The notes under the pieces are model-generated. The model worked only from the letters and a program-made list of their open reading frames with translations. It had not been told where the DNA came from and ran no database searches. Both the position numbers and the translations under genes were made by a program. From Acidobacteriota bacterium (GTDB taxonomy: Bacteria; Acidobacteriota; UBA6911; RPQK01; JAJDTT01), in the NCBI GenBank assembly GCA_965263035.1, contig OZ253580.1, positions 704,001 through 768,000 of the forward strand: a stretch of DNA of 64,000 bases, written 5' to 3'. Of this stretch, positions 44,469-54,390 are shown in pieces; position 1 is the first letter of the stretch, and each line of letters starts with the position of its first letter.

Positions 44469-45602
44469 CTATCCGGAACGACTGGAGATCCGGACCCGGA
44501 TCTTGCGGGCAAAGGAATCCGTCATGCCCGCGATGTAATCGCAGACGACCCGGTGAACTCCGTGTTCCTCGATCCGGCCGTAATGCGCCGGAGGCAATCT
44601 CGCCGGATCCTCCTCGTAGTATCGGAAGAGATCTGCGATCAACACCTCGGCTTTCCGCCGGGGACGCTCCAAGTCCGGATGGTGGTAAAGATTGCTGCGC
44701 AGGAAAATTTTCAATTGACGGACGAGAGCGGCGATCTCGGATCCGAACCCCACGACTCGAGTCGGAAATCTCCGGACGGCCTCCACCGAATCCAGGGATT
44801 CGCTCCGGATCCGATCACGGCTGGCTCCCACCAGATCCGTCACCAGCACGTCGATCAGGTGGCGAATGGTCTCGCTGACCAGGATTCCCTCGGGAGCTGT
44901 GGGGAAATCGCCTCGGATGCGGAGGTAGAGAGACCGAAAGAGATCCGAGCCCTCCAGGATCTGGTCCAGAGAAATCAGCCCGGAACCGTAGCCGTCGTCC
45001 AGATCCGCCGCGTTGTAGGCCACCTCGTCGGCGAGATCGATCAATTGAGCCTCCAGCGGCGGGCGCTCCCCTTTTCGATAACAATCGATGTCCACGTACG
45101 GGCGGTCCTGGGGAGCATAGTCACGGCTGTGTTTCACAATCCCCTCACGAACCTCGAACGTCAGGTTCAGCCCCCGGAAGCGGGCGTAGCGCTCTTCGAA
45201 ATCCTCGATGATCCGCAAGGCATGGAGGTTGTGTTCGAATCCCGAACCGTACGACCTCATGATGCGGTCCAGAACCGCCTCTCCGGCGTGGCTGAACGGG
45301 GGATGGCCGATGTCGTGACTCAGGGCCAGGACTTCACACAGATCGAGGTTCAGGCAGAAAGCGGATCCGATGGTGCGCGCAATCTGACTGACCTCGAGGG
45401 TATGGGTCAATCGGTTTCGGAAGTGATCCGAATAGTTGGGGTTGAAGACCTGGGTCTTCTTCTCCAGACGGCGAAACGCCTTGGCGTGGATGACGCGGTC
45501 CCGATCCCGCTGGAAAGGGTTGCGATAGGGGTGCGGCGGCTCCGGGTAGCGCCGTCCCTCGCTGTTTTCAACTCTCATGGCAAAGGGAGCGAGGGACGGC
45601 AT
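44469..45602 (-). CDS. dgt: Deoxyguanosinetriphosphate triphosphohydrolase
   Basis: FQRDRDR, RNRLTHTLEV, HDIGHPPFSHAGE, DYIAGMTD. Confidence 0.93.
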   Translation of the reverse strand: MPSLAPFAMRVENSEGRRYPEPPHPYRNPFQRDRDRVIHAKAFRRLEKKTQVFNPNYSDHFRNRLTHTLEVSQIARTIGSAFCLNLDLCEVLALSHDIGHPPFSHAGEAVLDRIMRSYGSGFEHNLHALRIIEDFEERYARFRGLNLTFEVREGIVKHSRDYAPQDRPYVDIDCYRKGERPPLEAQLIDLADEVAYNAADLDDGYGSGLISLDQILEGSDLFRSLYLRIRGDFPTAPEGILVSETIRHLIDVLVTDLVGASRDRIRSESLDSVEAVRRFPTRVVGFGSEIAALVRQLKIFLRSNLYHHPDLERPRRKAEVLIADLFRYYEEDPARLPPAHYGRIEEHGVHRVVCDYIAGMTDSFARKIRVRISSRSG

Positions 45603-45655
45603 GACGGGGATTATAGTCTCTGGGAGGAGCGAGGAGTGAGATGGAAGAAGTCCTC

Positions 45656-45916
45656 GCAGGGGCGACCCTTGTGGGTTGACCTCCCCGGGCCGATCAGGGA
45701 GGGCGACAGCGGGCACCCACCAGGGGTGCCCCTACGTCGCAATCCTTGTTAAAACCTGCTTCTGAGAAACCGAGGAAAGAGCAAATAGGAACGAGAAAAG
45801 CTCCCCCACCGGCCCGGTCCGGCGGACGCCCGGTAGAAAAAGGGTAGGAGCACCGGTTTCCAACCGCCGAACTCCGGTGGAGCATGGAGGAATGGGCGAC
45901 TGGAAGTCGCCCCTCC
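45656..45916. repeat. REP cluster: inverted REP doublet 45656-45735 and palindromic unit 45844-45916
   Basis: gcaggggcgacccttgtgggttgacc ... gggcacccaccaggggtgcccctac; similarity to 26059-26170. Confidence 0.7.
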
Positions 45917-46061
45917 TTTGAGGGAGCTTTCCCGGATCTCCCGAACCCCCAGAAAAATGGGGAAAGTCTTGCCGGACACTTCCTTGACAGGCGAAAGGGC
46001 GTCCATGGAGAATTGTGCGCCAGGCCCGCATGAAGCAAAACGCTCCCCAAAAGAGTGACCG

Positions 46062-47678
46062 ATGACCAACTGGCGAGTGTTCTTCACAGCGGTGCCGTTA
46101 CTTCTCGGTCTGGCTCCAGTCAGCGCTTTCGTACTCCACGCTCAACAGGACAGCCTCCGTCAGGAGGAACGGGAGGACTACTACAAACGTTGGCTGGAGA
46201 GAGACGTCATCTACATCATTACGCCTGAGGAAAAGAGAGTCTTCTCGGGTCTTACGACACCCGAGGAAAAGGAACAATTCATAGAACAGTTCTGGCGCCG
46301 TCGGGACCCCGACTCCCGAACCGCCCACAACGAATACAAGGAAGAACACTATCGGCGAATCGCCTATGCCAATGACAATTTCCATTCCGGTGTCGAAGGC
46401 TGGTACACGGATCGCGGCAAGATCCATATCAAGTTCGGACCCCCGACCAGCATAGAAAGGAATCCGACGGGGGCCGTTTATGATCGTCTCATCAGCGAAG
46501 GCGGCGGGACCACCATGACCTATCCGTTTGAGGTCTGGTACTACCAGTACCTTGAGGGAGTGGGCAATGGCATCGAAATAGAATTCGTCGATTCAACCAA
46601 TACGGGCCGTTATGAAATGGCCATGAGACCGGATGAAAAAGACGCTCTTTTCTACACTACGAACGCCGGCAACACGCTGTTCGAAAGCTTGGGCCTGGAG
46701 ACCCGGGCCCTGCGGCTTCGTCGATCCGATGCGATGCGGCCGCTGGGCCTGGGAGATGACCTCACGAATCCCGGCGCCAGCCCCTTCACCAAGCTGGACC
46801 GGCTCTACCGGCTCGAGCGTCCGATCGCCAACAAGTTCGAAGACCTTCGCACCATGGTGGACGCCCGGATCCGCTACGACAGCCTGCCCTTCACGTTCAG
46901 AGGCGACTGGTTTCGGGCCACTGCCGAAAGAGCCATCGTCAACGTCACGCTTCGCCTGGATCCCAAGCAGCTCTCCTTTTTCGTGATTCCCGGAACCGAG
47001 GCAAGGCGGGCGGAAGTCAAGCTCTTCGCGAGGGCCCAGACCTTGAACCGGGTCGTCTATGAGTTTGAAGACGTCCTTTCGGTTGACGTGACGCCGGATG
47101 AGGTGGAAGAGCTCAAGGTCTTTCTGTACCAGTACACCATCCCGCTGAAAACCGGCAGGTACAAGCTCACGCTCATTTTGCAGGAGGAGACAAGTGGGAA
47201 GATCGGAAGCTCAGAAACGATGGTACTGGTGCCCAAGGCCAAGGAAGAAGAAATCAACATCAGTTCCATTCTTCTGGCCGACCATATCGGTTCGGCGATG
47301 ACCGAGGAGTTTCCGGCTCCCTTTGTGACCGCGGGTGGATTGAAGATCTACCCCAACATGGGCAATGTCTTTTCCGCGAAATCCCCAATGGGCCTCTACG
47401 CCGAAATCTACAATCTCGGCATCGACCAATCGACTCGCCGTCCGTCGTTAGACGTCCTGGCTCAGGTGATCGGTCCCAAAGGCGAAGTGGTTCAAGAGGA
47501 GAACCTCACTTCCATCGGCACGGTTTTTTACGGTGACCGCGTCTCGGTGGCACGTTTCTGGCCACAGCCGAACCTGCCGGCGGGAAACTACACCTTCCGG
47601 CTGAGCGTCAACGATCGAATCGGGAACAAGACGATCCGCCAGGAAACGGGATTGACCGTGGCCGCTGCCAAACCCTGA
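46062..47678 (+). CDS. GWxTD domain-containing exported protein
   Basis: Signal peptide; KRWLERDVIYII, FIEQFWRRRDP, EEHYRRIAYAN, GWYTDRG; TTGACA at 45984 upstream. Confidence 0.93.
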   Translation: MTNWRVFFTAVPLLLGLAPVSAFVLHAQQDSLRQEEREDYYKRWLERDVIYIITPEEKRVFSGLTTPEEKEQFIEQFWRRRDPDSRTAHNEYKEEHYRRIAYANDNFHSGVEGWYTDRGKIHIKFGPPTSIERNPTGAVYDRLISEGGGTTMTYPFEVWYYQYLEGVGNGIEIEFVDSTNTGRYEMAMRPDEKDALFYTTNAGNTLFESLGLETRALRLRRSDAMRPLGLGDDLTNPGASPFTKLDRLYRLERPIANKFEDLRTMVDARIRYDSLPFTFRGDWFRATAERAIVNVTLRLDPKQLSFFVIPGTEARRAEVKLFARAQTLNRVVYEFEDVLSVDVTPDEVEELKVFLYQYTIPLKTGRYKLTLILQEETSGKIGSSETMVLVPKAKEEEINISSILLADHIGSAMTEEFPAPFVTAGGLKIYPNMGNVFSAKSPMGLYAEIYNLGIDQSTRRPSLDVLAQVIGPKGEVVQEENLTSIGTVFYGDRVSVARFWPQPNLPAGNYTFRLSVNDRIGNKTIRQETGLTVAAAKP

Positions 47679-47732
47679 GTGCCAACCCAAGTCGTATTGG
47701 AAGTTCTCCAACGACAGGAATTGGCTCACCTT

Positions 47733-47817
47733 GGAGTCTGCGCGGTAGCAATGATCGTAGCGAGAAAGTGGGGATCTACCGCTTTCGCAGCAGATCAATT
47801 TCTGCCGCGCAGGCTCC
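47733..47817. repeat. Fold-back repeat family B, copy 2; supplies the symporter stop codon
   Basis: Matches 21786-21891 with a shorter central loop. Confidence 0.8.
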
Positions 47818-49457
47818 TTGGTGAATCCATGCCGAAATAGCGCGCCAATTGATCCCTGTCCTGGGGCATTGTCAGCATACTTCCCAGATAGACCATTAGA
47901 GCCGATCCGAAGAACCCATAGACGAATGGATGCAGGGGGAGCACCTCCCCCAACGGCGGGCTGACCACACAGGCCAGATACACTAGCGGGCCACCGGCGA
48001 GCCCGCCGATCACCCCTTCCCGGGTGGCGCGCTTCCAGAAAAGAGTGGCGATGCCCGGCCAGAACAGGGCGGAAGTCACGGCGCCGCCGTAGTGGATGAC
48101 CAGAGGCTGGAGAAAGACCGGTTCTATCAGGAGGGTGAGGGAAAAAACCAGGACCCCGGTTCCTGCCGTGACGGCATAAATCAGGGCCTTGACACTTTTT
48201 TCGTTCAGCCGTGGATACCAGGTTTTTTGGACCACGTCTCTCACGACTGATGCGCTGATGACCAACAAAGCCGAGTCGACCGTGGACATGACGGCGGCAA
48301 AGGGGGCGGCGATCAGCAGGCCGGCCAACAGAGGCGGCGCCACGCGTTTCGCCAACTCCGGAACCGCCTGGTCGGATTCCAGAGGGGACAGGCCAAGGTC
48401 CAGACTGTGGGCACAACTCATCGTGATCAGACTGCCCCCGTACATGAGCAGGAAGTAGGGCGCGATGAGGATCAAGGCTCGGCGAAGGGCCACCGTATCT
48501 CGGAAGGCGAGCATCCGGGGGACGGTGGTCGGGGCCAGGACCGAGCTGAGGGGCCGCAACAGAAAGAGGGAGATCCCCATGCTGAAGGGCAGCCAAGGAT
48601 CGGATCGGGGAGCTGCTCCCGGCGGGGCGCCGGATTCGGTGCCGACGACTTTTTCCGGACCCGGGCCATAAAGAGTTAGGAGTGAGGGGGTGTTTCCAGT
48701 CCTCGGTCCATGGCGATGGGATCGTCACGCGTGGCCAGTTGGCGGGTGGCCGCTTCGAGTCCCCCCGCGGCTGAGACCGCCAGCGGTACCAACACCAGAA
48801 TCCCTGCGATCATGACGATTCCCTGCAGGGTATCGGTCCAGGCAACGGCCCGGAAACCGCCATAGGTGGTATAGGCCACGACGGAGAGCGTGAAGAGGAC
48901 CAGGCCGGTGGGATAAGTCGTGCCCAACATGGTCTGGAGGACCCGTGTTCCGGCTGCGAACTGAGCGATGAGGTAGACCAGAGTGGGCGGTATGATCACC
49001 AAGATGCAAAGGATGCCGATCAGATTGCTCCGGAAGCGGTCACGGAGCAGATCCACCAGCGTCAGCGCTCCCGTCTGGCGGGCCAGCCGATTGATCCTCT
49101 TGCCGGCGATTCCGAGACCCACCAGAGCGGTGACGGTCGATCCGCTCACCCAGAAGGCCACCCCGTCCAGCCGTAGGAATAGATCAGGGAGGGATAGCCC
49201 AGGAATGCTCCCCCACTGAACATGGTGGCCACCCAGGACAGGGCCAGGACCCAGGCACCCAAGCCCCGGCCGGCAACATAGTATTCGGATTCGAAGCTCG
49301 TCGCCCGGCGGTGGCGGTGGGCGAGAACGGCGATGACGAAGACGCCCACCAGGTATCCGATGAACGGCACCAGAATATGGGGGTCCGTCTGCTTGAAGTC
49401 GAACCAGTGGGCGGCTTGGCCGGCCTGCTCAAGCACCGGTTCGGAAGCAGAGTTCAT
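47795..49457 (-). pseudogene. PanF-like sodium:solute symporter in three frames (possible homopolymer errors)
   Basis: EYYVAGRGLG, FSGGAFLGYP, GGFRAVAWTDTLQG, AAVMSTVDS; frame changes at runs 49161-49164 and 48686-48690. Confidence 0.85.
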
Positions 49458-49789
49458 GGGTCGATTTCGGAAGCGTCCGCCTGCTGGCCGGGAAACGGCA
49501 GAAGAGGTTCATCGTCCCTGAGAAAAAAGAGTGCAAACCACCAAGTGACTCCCATCAGCACCAACCAGGGAAGAAACAGACCCCAGAAAACCCACTCCGG
49601 AATTCCCCAGATCAGGGCGGCTTCCGGGGGGCGCTCGTCGGGGCCGGGATACCCCAGCATCGCAACGGCGGTCGCGCAGTAGAAAAAAGCGAGCAGGAAA
49701 ACAGCCGCCGCCAACTTCGCCTCCTTCAGACACTGGAGGTAGTGTTTCGCTTGTACCACGGCAAAGGATTTCTTTTCGAGGTCTTTCAT
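49454..49789 (-). CDS. YhdT/DUF997-like small membrane protein
   Basis: Q..KEA, two TM helices, GIPEWVFWG...PW, FLRDD; overlaps the symporter start. Confidence 0.8.
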   Translation of the reverse strand: MKDLEKKSFAVVQAKHYLQCLKEAKLAAAVFLLAFFYCATAVAMLGYPGPDERPPEAALIWGIPEWVFWGLFLPWLVLMGVTWWFALFFLRDDEPLLPFPGQQADASEIDP

Positions 49790-49847
49790 GAATTACCTGG
49801 ATTCCAGTGATTCGCCTTTTGGTTCGTCCAAGAATCTCGCAACCGGC

Positions 49848-51338
49848 TCATCCCGCACTGCCATGGAAATCGGGATTCTGTCCGGGGACGGGGGTATTAC
49901 CAAAGGTTCCTCTTTGTATTACCTTTTCCCGGCCTCCATGGCGTCCGATCAGGACTCGTTGATCGGCCTTGGCTGCGGCGTCGACTCCTTCCGGGTCGAC
50001 CAGCGCGCGTAGCCTCCGCTCACACGCCGTGACCACTTCCTGAGAGTCGGGATCCGCGGACAAATCATTCAGTTCCCGGGGGTCCGACTCAAGATCGAAG
50101 AGCTGGGGTCGCTCGCCGACATGGTGAATGTACTTGTAACGCCTTTCCCGCAGCATGTAGCTCGCGCTCGTCGACCCCACCGCGTGATACTCGCTGAAAG
50201 CCAGACCCGGACCCGAGCCGCCTCGGACAATCGGCCACAGAGACCGGCCGGGCAATTCCCGCTCCGCATCCTTCAGCTCGTGACCGAGCGCTTCTACCAT
50301 GGTGGGGTAGCAGTCCACCAACGAAACGATTTCGGACGAGACTTCGCCTCTTGGCACCCCCGGTCCCGCCAGGATCATGGGCACCGCCACCGACTCCTCA
50401 TAGAGAGTGAACTTGCCCCAGAGACCTCGACGGCCCATGCTCTCGCCGTGGTCACTGGTGTAGATGACACGCGTATTGTCCGCCAGGCCCAGCTTCTGCA
50501 ACGTGCTGAGAACTCGTCCCACCTGGCGATCCACGTAGGTGCACATCGCATAATAGGTTGCCGTTGCTCTGCGGATCTGTTCGTCCGTGAAGGGTTCCTC
50601 CAAGTGCAAAGTCCGGCGCAATATCGCCAGCGACGGATGCTGCGGTTGCTCGCCGGGACGATATTGAACCGGTAGCGAAATTGCATCCGGAGGGTACCTC
50701 TCGTACAACTCGGACGGGGCCACAAACGGGGGATGGGGGGAAACGAAGGAGACGAACAGCATCCAGGGATGCCGGCTGGAACTTCGCGCCCGCCGCTTGA
50801 GCCAATCACAAGCGAGACCGGCGACGTCGGCATCGTAGTCCAAGGAAGCGGAAACGCCTGGGCCCGCGTTCTCGACATCCGCTCGTTCCATTTCGTAGAC
50901 GGGGGTGGTGTCGCGAACCGATCCCATCACGTCGCCGATTCCGTCAACCACGTTCATCGGCAACAGGGTTCGGCTGAAACCGACCGGGTCCTCCACGCCG
51001 CGATAGTGCAGCTTTCCGATGGCGTCCACCCGATGTCCAGCCTCCATCAGGCGCTGCCCCCAGCCGGGAACTCGTCCATCGTAGGGGCTTGCGTTGTCCC
51101 AATAGCCGGTCTGGTGCACGTAACGGCCGGTCGCCAGACTGGCGCGCGAGGGGACACAGAGCGGACTGTTGCAATAGGCGGAGTTGAACCGAACCCCGCT
51201 TGCGGCCAGAGCGTCGAGACAGGGCGTCTCGACGAGCGGGTGACCGTAACAACCCAGCGTATCCCGATTGTGCTGGTCCGAGAGAATGAACAGGAGATTG
51301 CCGGGTCGCTCCGGGCCTGCCGAGTCTCCTCGATGCAT
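49848..51338 (-). CDS. Cys-type sulfatase (choline-sulfatase-like), no obvious signal peptide
   Basis: SDQH, CVPSRASLATG, GKLH, PHPP, TSDHGE...GK. Confidence 0.92.
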   Translation of the reverse strand: MHRGDSAGPERPGNLLFILSDQHNRDTLGCYGHPLVETPCLDALAASGVRFNSAYCNSPLCVPSRASLATGRYVHQTGYWDNASPYDGRVPGWGQRLMEAGHRVDAIGKLHYRGVEDPVGFSRTLLPMNVVDGIGDVMGSVRDTTPVYEMERADVENAGPGVSASLDYDADVAGLACDWLKRRARSSSRHPWMLFVSFVSPHPPFVAPSELYERYPPDAISLPVQYRPGEQPQHPSLAILRRTLHLEEPFTDEQIRRATATYYAMCTYVDRQVGRVLSTLQKLGLADNTRVIYTSDHGESMGRRGLWGKFTLYEESVAVPMILAGPGVPRGEVSSEIVSLVDCYPTMVEALGHELKDAERELPGRSLWPIVRGGSGPGLAFSEYHAVGSTSASYMLRERRYKYIHHVGERPQLFDLESDPRELNDLSADPDSQEVVTACERRLRALVDPEGVDAAAKADQRVLIGRHGGREKVIQRGTFGNTPVPGQNPDFHGSAG

Positions 51339-51625
51339 TGATACGTGCCTGTCTGGCAAAGGGAAATCCAGTTGAGTCGGTGCCGCAGTCTACTCGCCGA
51401 TTTCCTCGTCGTGCAAGCCGGCAGATTCAGATTGCAGCACAGCGGTCCCGGGGTGGACGCGCAACGATTTCCAAACAGGCGAAACAACCCCGGATGACAC
51501 TGCCTCGCGAATCTCATGCGAGGATCTGCTGCCCCTCGTTTTGCTGCCCCTCGTCTTCAGCGTGCCTGCTTGGAGCCCCTAACCGGGTCTGGTACCCTTC
51601 CCGCACGTCCGGGGACTGGAACGGG

Positions 51626-54247
51626 ATGGGGTTCAAACATCTCCGCCGAACCATACTTCTTCTGGGACTGCCCCTCCTCCTTTTGGTGAATCCAGGAAGC
51701 GCCTCTCTCCCTGGGCCCTCCGCCGGATCCGAGGCCGGCACGACGATCTCCGTGGGCCATGAGTCCCGCCAGGACGACATGCCTTCGATCGCGGCGGCGC
51801 CGGACGGCTCCCTCTGGGTGGTCTGGCTCAGTTTCGACGGACAGAGAGACGATGTCGCCATCCGCCACTTCAGGGACGGAATCTGGCAGAACCTGCATTG
51901 GGTTCCGGGCACCAGCGGCGACAGCTGGCTTCCCCAGATCGGTGTGGACAGCGCCAATCGAGTCTGGGTCGTCTGGTCGCAGCAACTCGACTCCAACTGG
52001 GATGTCTTGGCCCGCCGCTTCGATCCCTCCGAGTCGACATGGGGACCCTTGGTCAGACTGAGCTCGGACCCTCTACCCGACGTCAACCCGAGAATGTCGC
52101 CGGACGGCCGGGGCGGGCTGGCCGTCGCCTGGCAGGGTTTTCGCCGGAAACCGGAGGCACACCCCACAGCCAAGAGCCAAATCTTCTCGCGTCAGCTCGA
52201 TGGCGATCGATGGACAGAGACGATCCAGGTCACCGACGGCGCTCAAAATGACTGGGCGCCCAGCCCGGCGATCGACAGCCAAGGTGTGGTCTGGATCTCC
52301 TATGACACTTACCGGAACGGCAGTTTCGATGTCTGTCTGGCACAGATCGTTGGAAGGAAGGTCGTCAAGTCCCGCATACCGGTGGCCGCGACCCCTGCCT
52401 TCGAGGCCAGGGCCACCACTTCCGTAGATTCTGAAGATCGGGTTTGGGTTGCCTGGGAGTTCGGGCCTCGCCATTGGGGAAAGGACAACGGCAGGGCCCT
52501 GGGCAATCGTGGAACGGGCGCGCCCCTGGGTGGGTTTCGGGAGCCGCGGATCGCCTGCCTGGCTCAGGGTAGATGGCTGGAGCCCGTGTCTCCCCTGGAA
52601 GCGGTCTTTCGTCCCTACAACACCTACCAACCCCACGTGTTTTCCGATGGCTCGGGCTCGATCCGCGTAGTAGCGATGGAGCGGCGAACAGGCGGGCCCA
52701 CCAAGGAATCCGTCCTCTTCCGTAAACGGTCCTATCCCGAGTATTGGAGGGGGCGTCAAGACGGCTACTGGAGTTATTGGGTGACTCATCTGCAAGGGGA
52801 ACAGTGGACGGCTCCCAGGCTCCTGCCCAACAGCAAGGGGAGATCCTCGACGCGGATGGGCGCCGCGCTGTCGAAGGGCAAAGACCTCTGGATGATCTGG
52901 CCCACCGACAATCGAAGGGAAAGCTACTATCACCGTCCCCTTCGCCAGCAGGTTTATGTCGGCGTGGCGCCGTCCACGGCAGGGACACCGCCGGTTCTGC
53001 GGGAGCGAAGGATCGAAGCAACCGAACCTGATCTTCGCCAGGAAGCCGAGCTCGGACATTTGGAGCGCATCGCGGGTTATCGGACTCGCATCGACGGCAA
53101 GGACCATCGCCTGCTGCGGGGCGATCTTCATCGCCATACCGAATTGAGTTGGGATGAAGGCGGCGCCAACGACGGTTCTCTCGACGACTACTACCGCTAC
53201 ATGTTGGACGCGGCTTCCCTGGACTTCGGCGCCAATACCGAACACCAGGGAGGCGCCTGGCCCTATTGGTGGTGGTACTCGCAGAAGATGAGCGACATGT
53301 ATCACCTCCCGGGCGCCTACGTCAGCTTGTTCGCCCACGAACGGAGCGCCAGCTATCCGTATGGACATCGCAATGTCTTCTATTCCGACCGGGCGAAAGC
53401 GAAGGTGATCCCTTTCTTCCTGAAGGACGGTGTCTCTCTTTATGCGTTTCCACTCACGCCTGAGGGCGATGAGCCGGCCGACGAAGCCGGTTTCCTGGTG
53501 ACCAACGACACTGAACTTCTCTTTGAGGAAGTCCGCGCTCGCGGCGGAATCACCATCGCCCACACTTCGGGCTCCGGAATGGGGACCGACTGGCACCATC
53601 GGCCGGAGCCGGACGTGGAACCGGTGGTCGAGATTTTCCAAGGCGCCCGGCGCAGCTTCGAGCATGTCGGCGCCCCTTACAGTTCGACCCAGGCTCAGGT
53701 CGAGACGGACGCAGCCCGCGTCCGGCCGGACACGGGCCGGATTTCCGACTGGATCCAGAACCTGTTCCGGATCCGGCCCGACGGCATGGTTTCAGAAGCC
53801 TGGAAGAGAGGCCACAAACTCGGCGTGATCGCCAGCTCGGATCATGTCTCCACCCATATTTCCTACGCCATGGTCTACAGCCAGGACGCCAGTAGGAAAG
53901 GCCTTCTCGAAGCGATCCGAAAACGACACACCTATGGGGCCACCGACAACATCATCCTGGAAGTTGGAATGGGCGAACATTTCATGGGAGACGAGTTCAG
54001 CACCGAGGTAGCGCTGCCGGTTGTCGTCAAGGTCCAGGGAACCGCTCCGATCGAACGGGTTGATTTAATCAAGGACGGTGAGGTCACTCATTCAATTCAG
54101 CCCGGACAAGCCGCCGTGGATTGGGAGTTTCCGGAGAACAACTTCGACCTGCAGCCCCACTACTATTATGTTCGGCTTCTCCAAGAAGACGGGATGATTG
54201 CCTGGTCGTCGCCGTTGTTCGTGAACTACCCGTCAACACCCCGCTGA
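51626..54247 (+). CDS. Exported beta-propeller plus PHP/DUF3604-like metallohydrolase
   Basis: Signal peptide; repeated P.I..D....VWV.W blades; GDLHRHT, GHRNV, IAHT, ASSDH, YGAT, YYYVR...AWSSP. Confidence 0.8.
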   Translation: MGFKHLRRTILLLGLPLLLLVNPGSASLPGPSAGSEAGTTISVGHESRQDDMPSIAAAPDGSLWVVWLSFDGQRDDVAIRHFRDGIWQNLHWVPGTSGDSWLPQIGVDSANRVWVVWSQQLDSNWDVLARRFDPSESTWGPLVRLSSDPLPDVNPRMSPDGRGGLAVAWQGFRRKPEAHPTAKSQIFSRQLDGDRWTETIQVTDGAQNDWAPSPAIDSQGVVWISYDTYRNGSFDVCLAQIVGRKVVKSRIPVAATPAFEARATTSVDSEDRVWVAWEFGPRHWGKDNGRALGNRGTGAPLGGFREPRIACLAQGRWLEPVSPLEAVFRPYNTYQPHVFSDGSGSIRVVAMERRTGGPTKESVLFRKRSYPEYWRGRQDGYWSYWVTHLQGEQWTAPRLLPNSKGRSSTRMGAALSKGKDLWMIWPTDNRRESYYHRPLRQQVYVGVAPSTAGTPPVLRERRIEATEPDLRQEAELGHLERIAGYRTRIDGKDHRLLRGDLHRHTELSWDEGGANDGSLDDYYRYMLDAASLDFGANTEHQGGAWPYWWWYSQKMSDMYHLPGAYVSLFAHERSASYPYGHRNVFYSDRAKAKVIPFFLKDGVSLYAFPLTPEGDEPADEAGFLVTNDTELLFEEVRARGGITIAHTSGSGMGTDWHHRPEPDVEPVVEIFQGARRSFEHVGAPYSSTQAQVETDAARVRPDTGRISDWIQNLFRIRPDGMVSEAWKRGHKLGVIASSDHVSTHISYAMVYSQDASRKGLLEAIRKRHTYGATDNIILEVGMGEHFMGDEFSTEVALPVVVKVQGTAPIERVDLIKDGEVTHSIQPGQAAVDWEFPENNFDLQPHYYYVRLLQEDGMIAWSSPLFVNYPSTPR

Positions 54248-54390
54248 GGACCGAAGATCCAGTATTGTGTGCCGCCGCGGTGCCAGAGAGATTCAGTCAA
54301 GGCAACTTCTTGATTGATCGAGTTTCTGACCTGCGTGCCGGAGCCCCGCGGACAGCTTCAAAGCTCGCCCCATTCGCCGTAACCCTCGCG

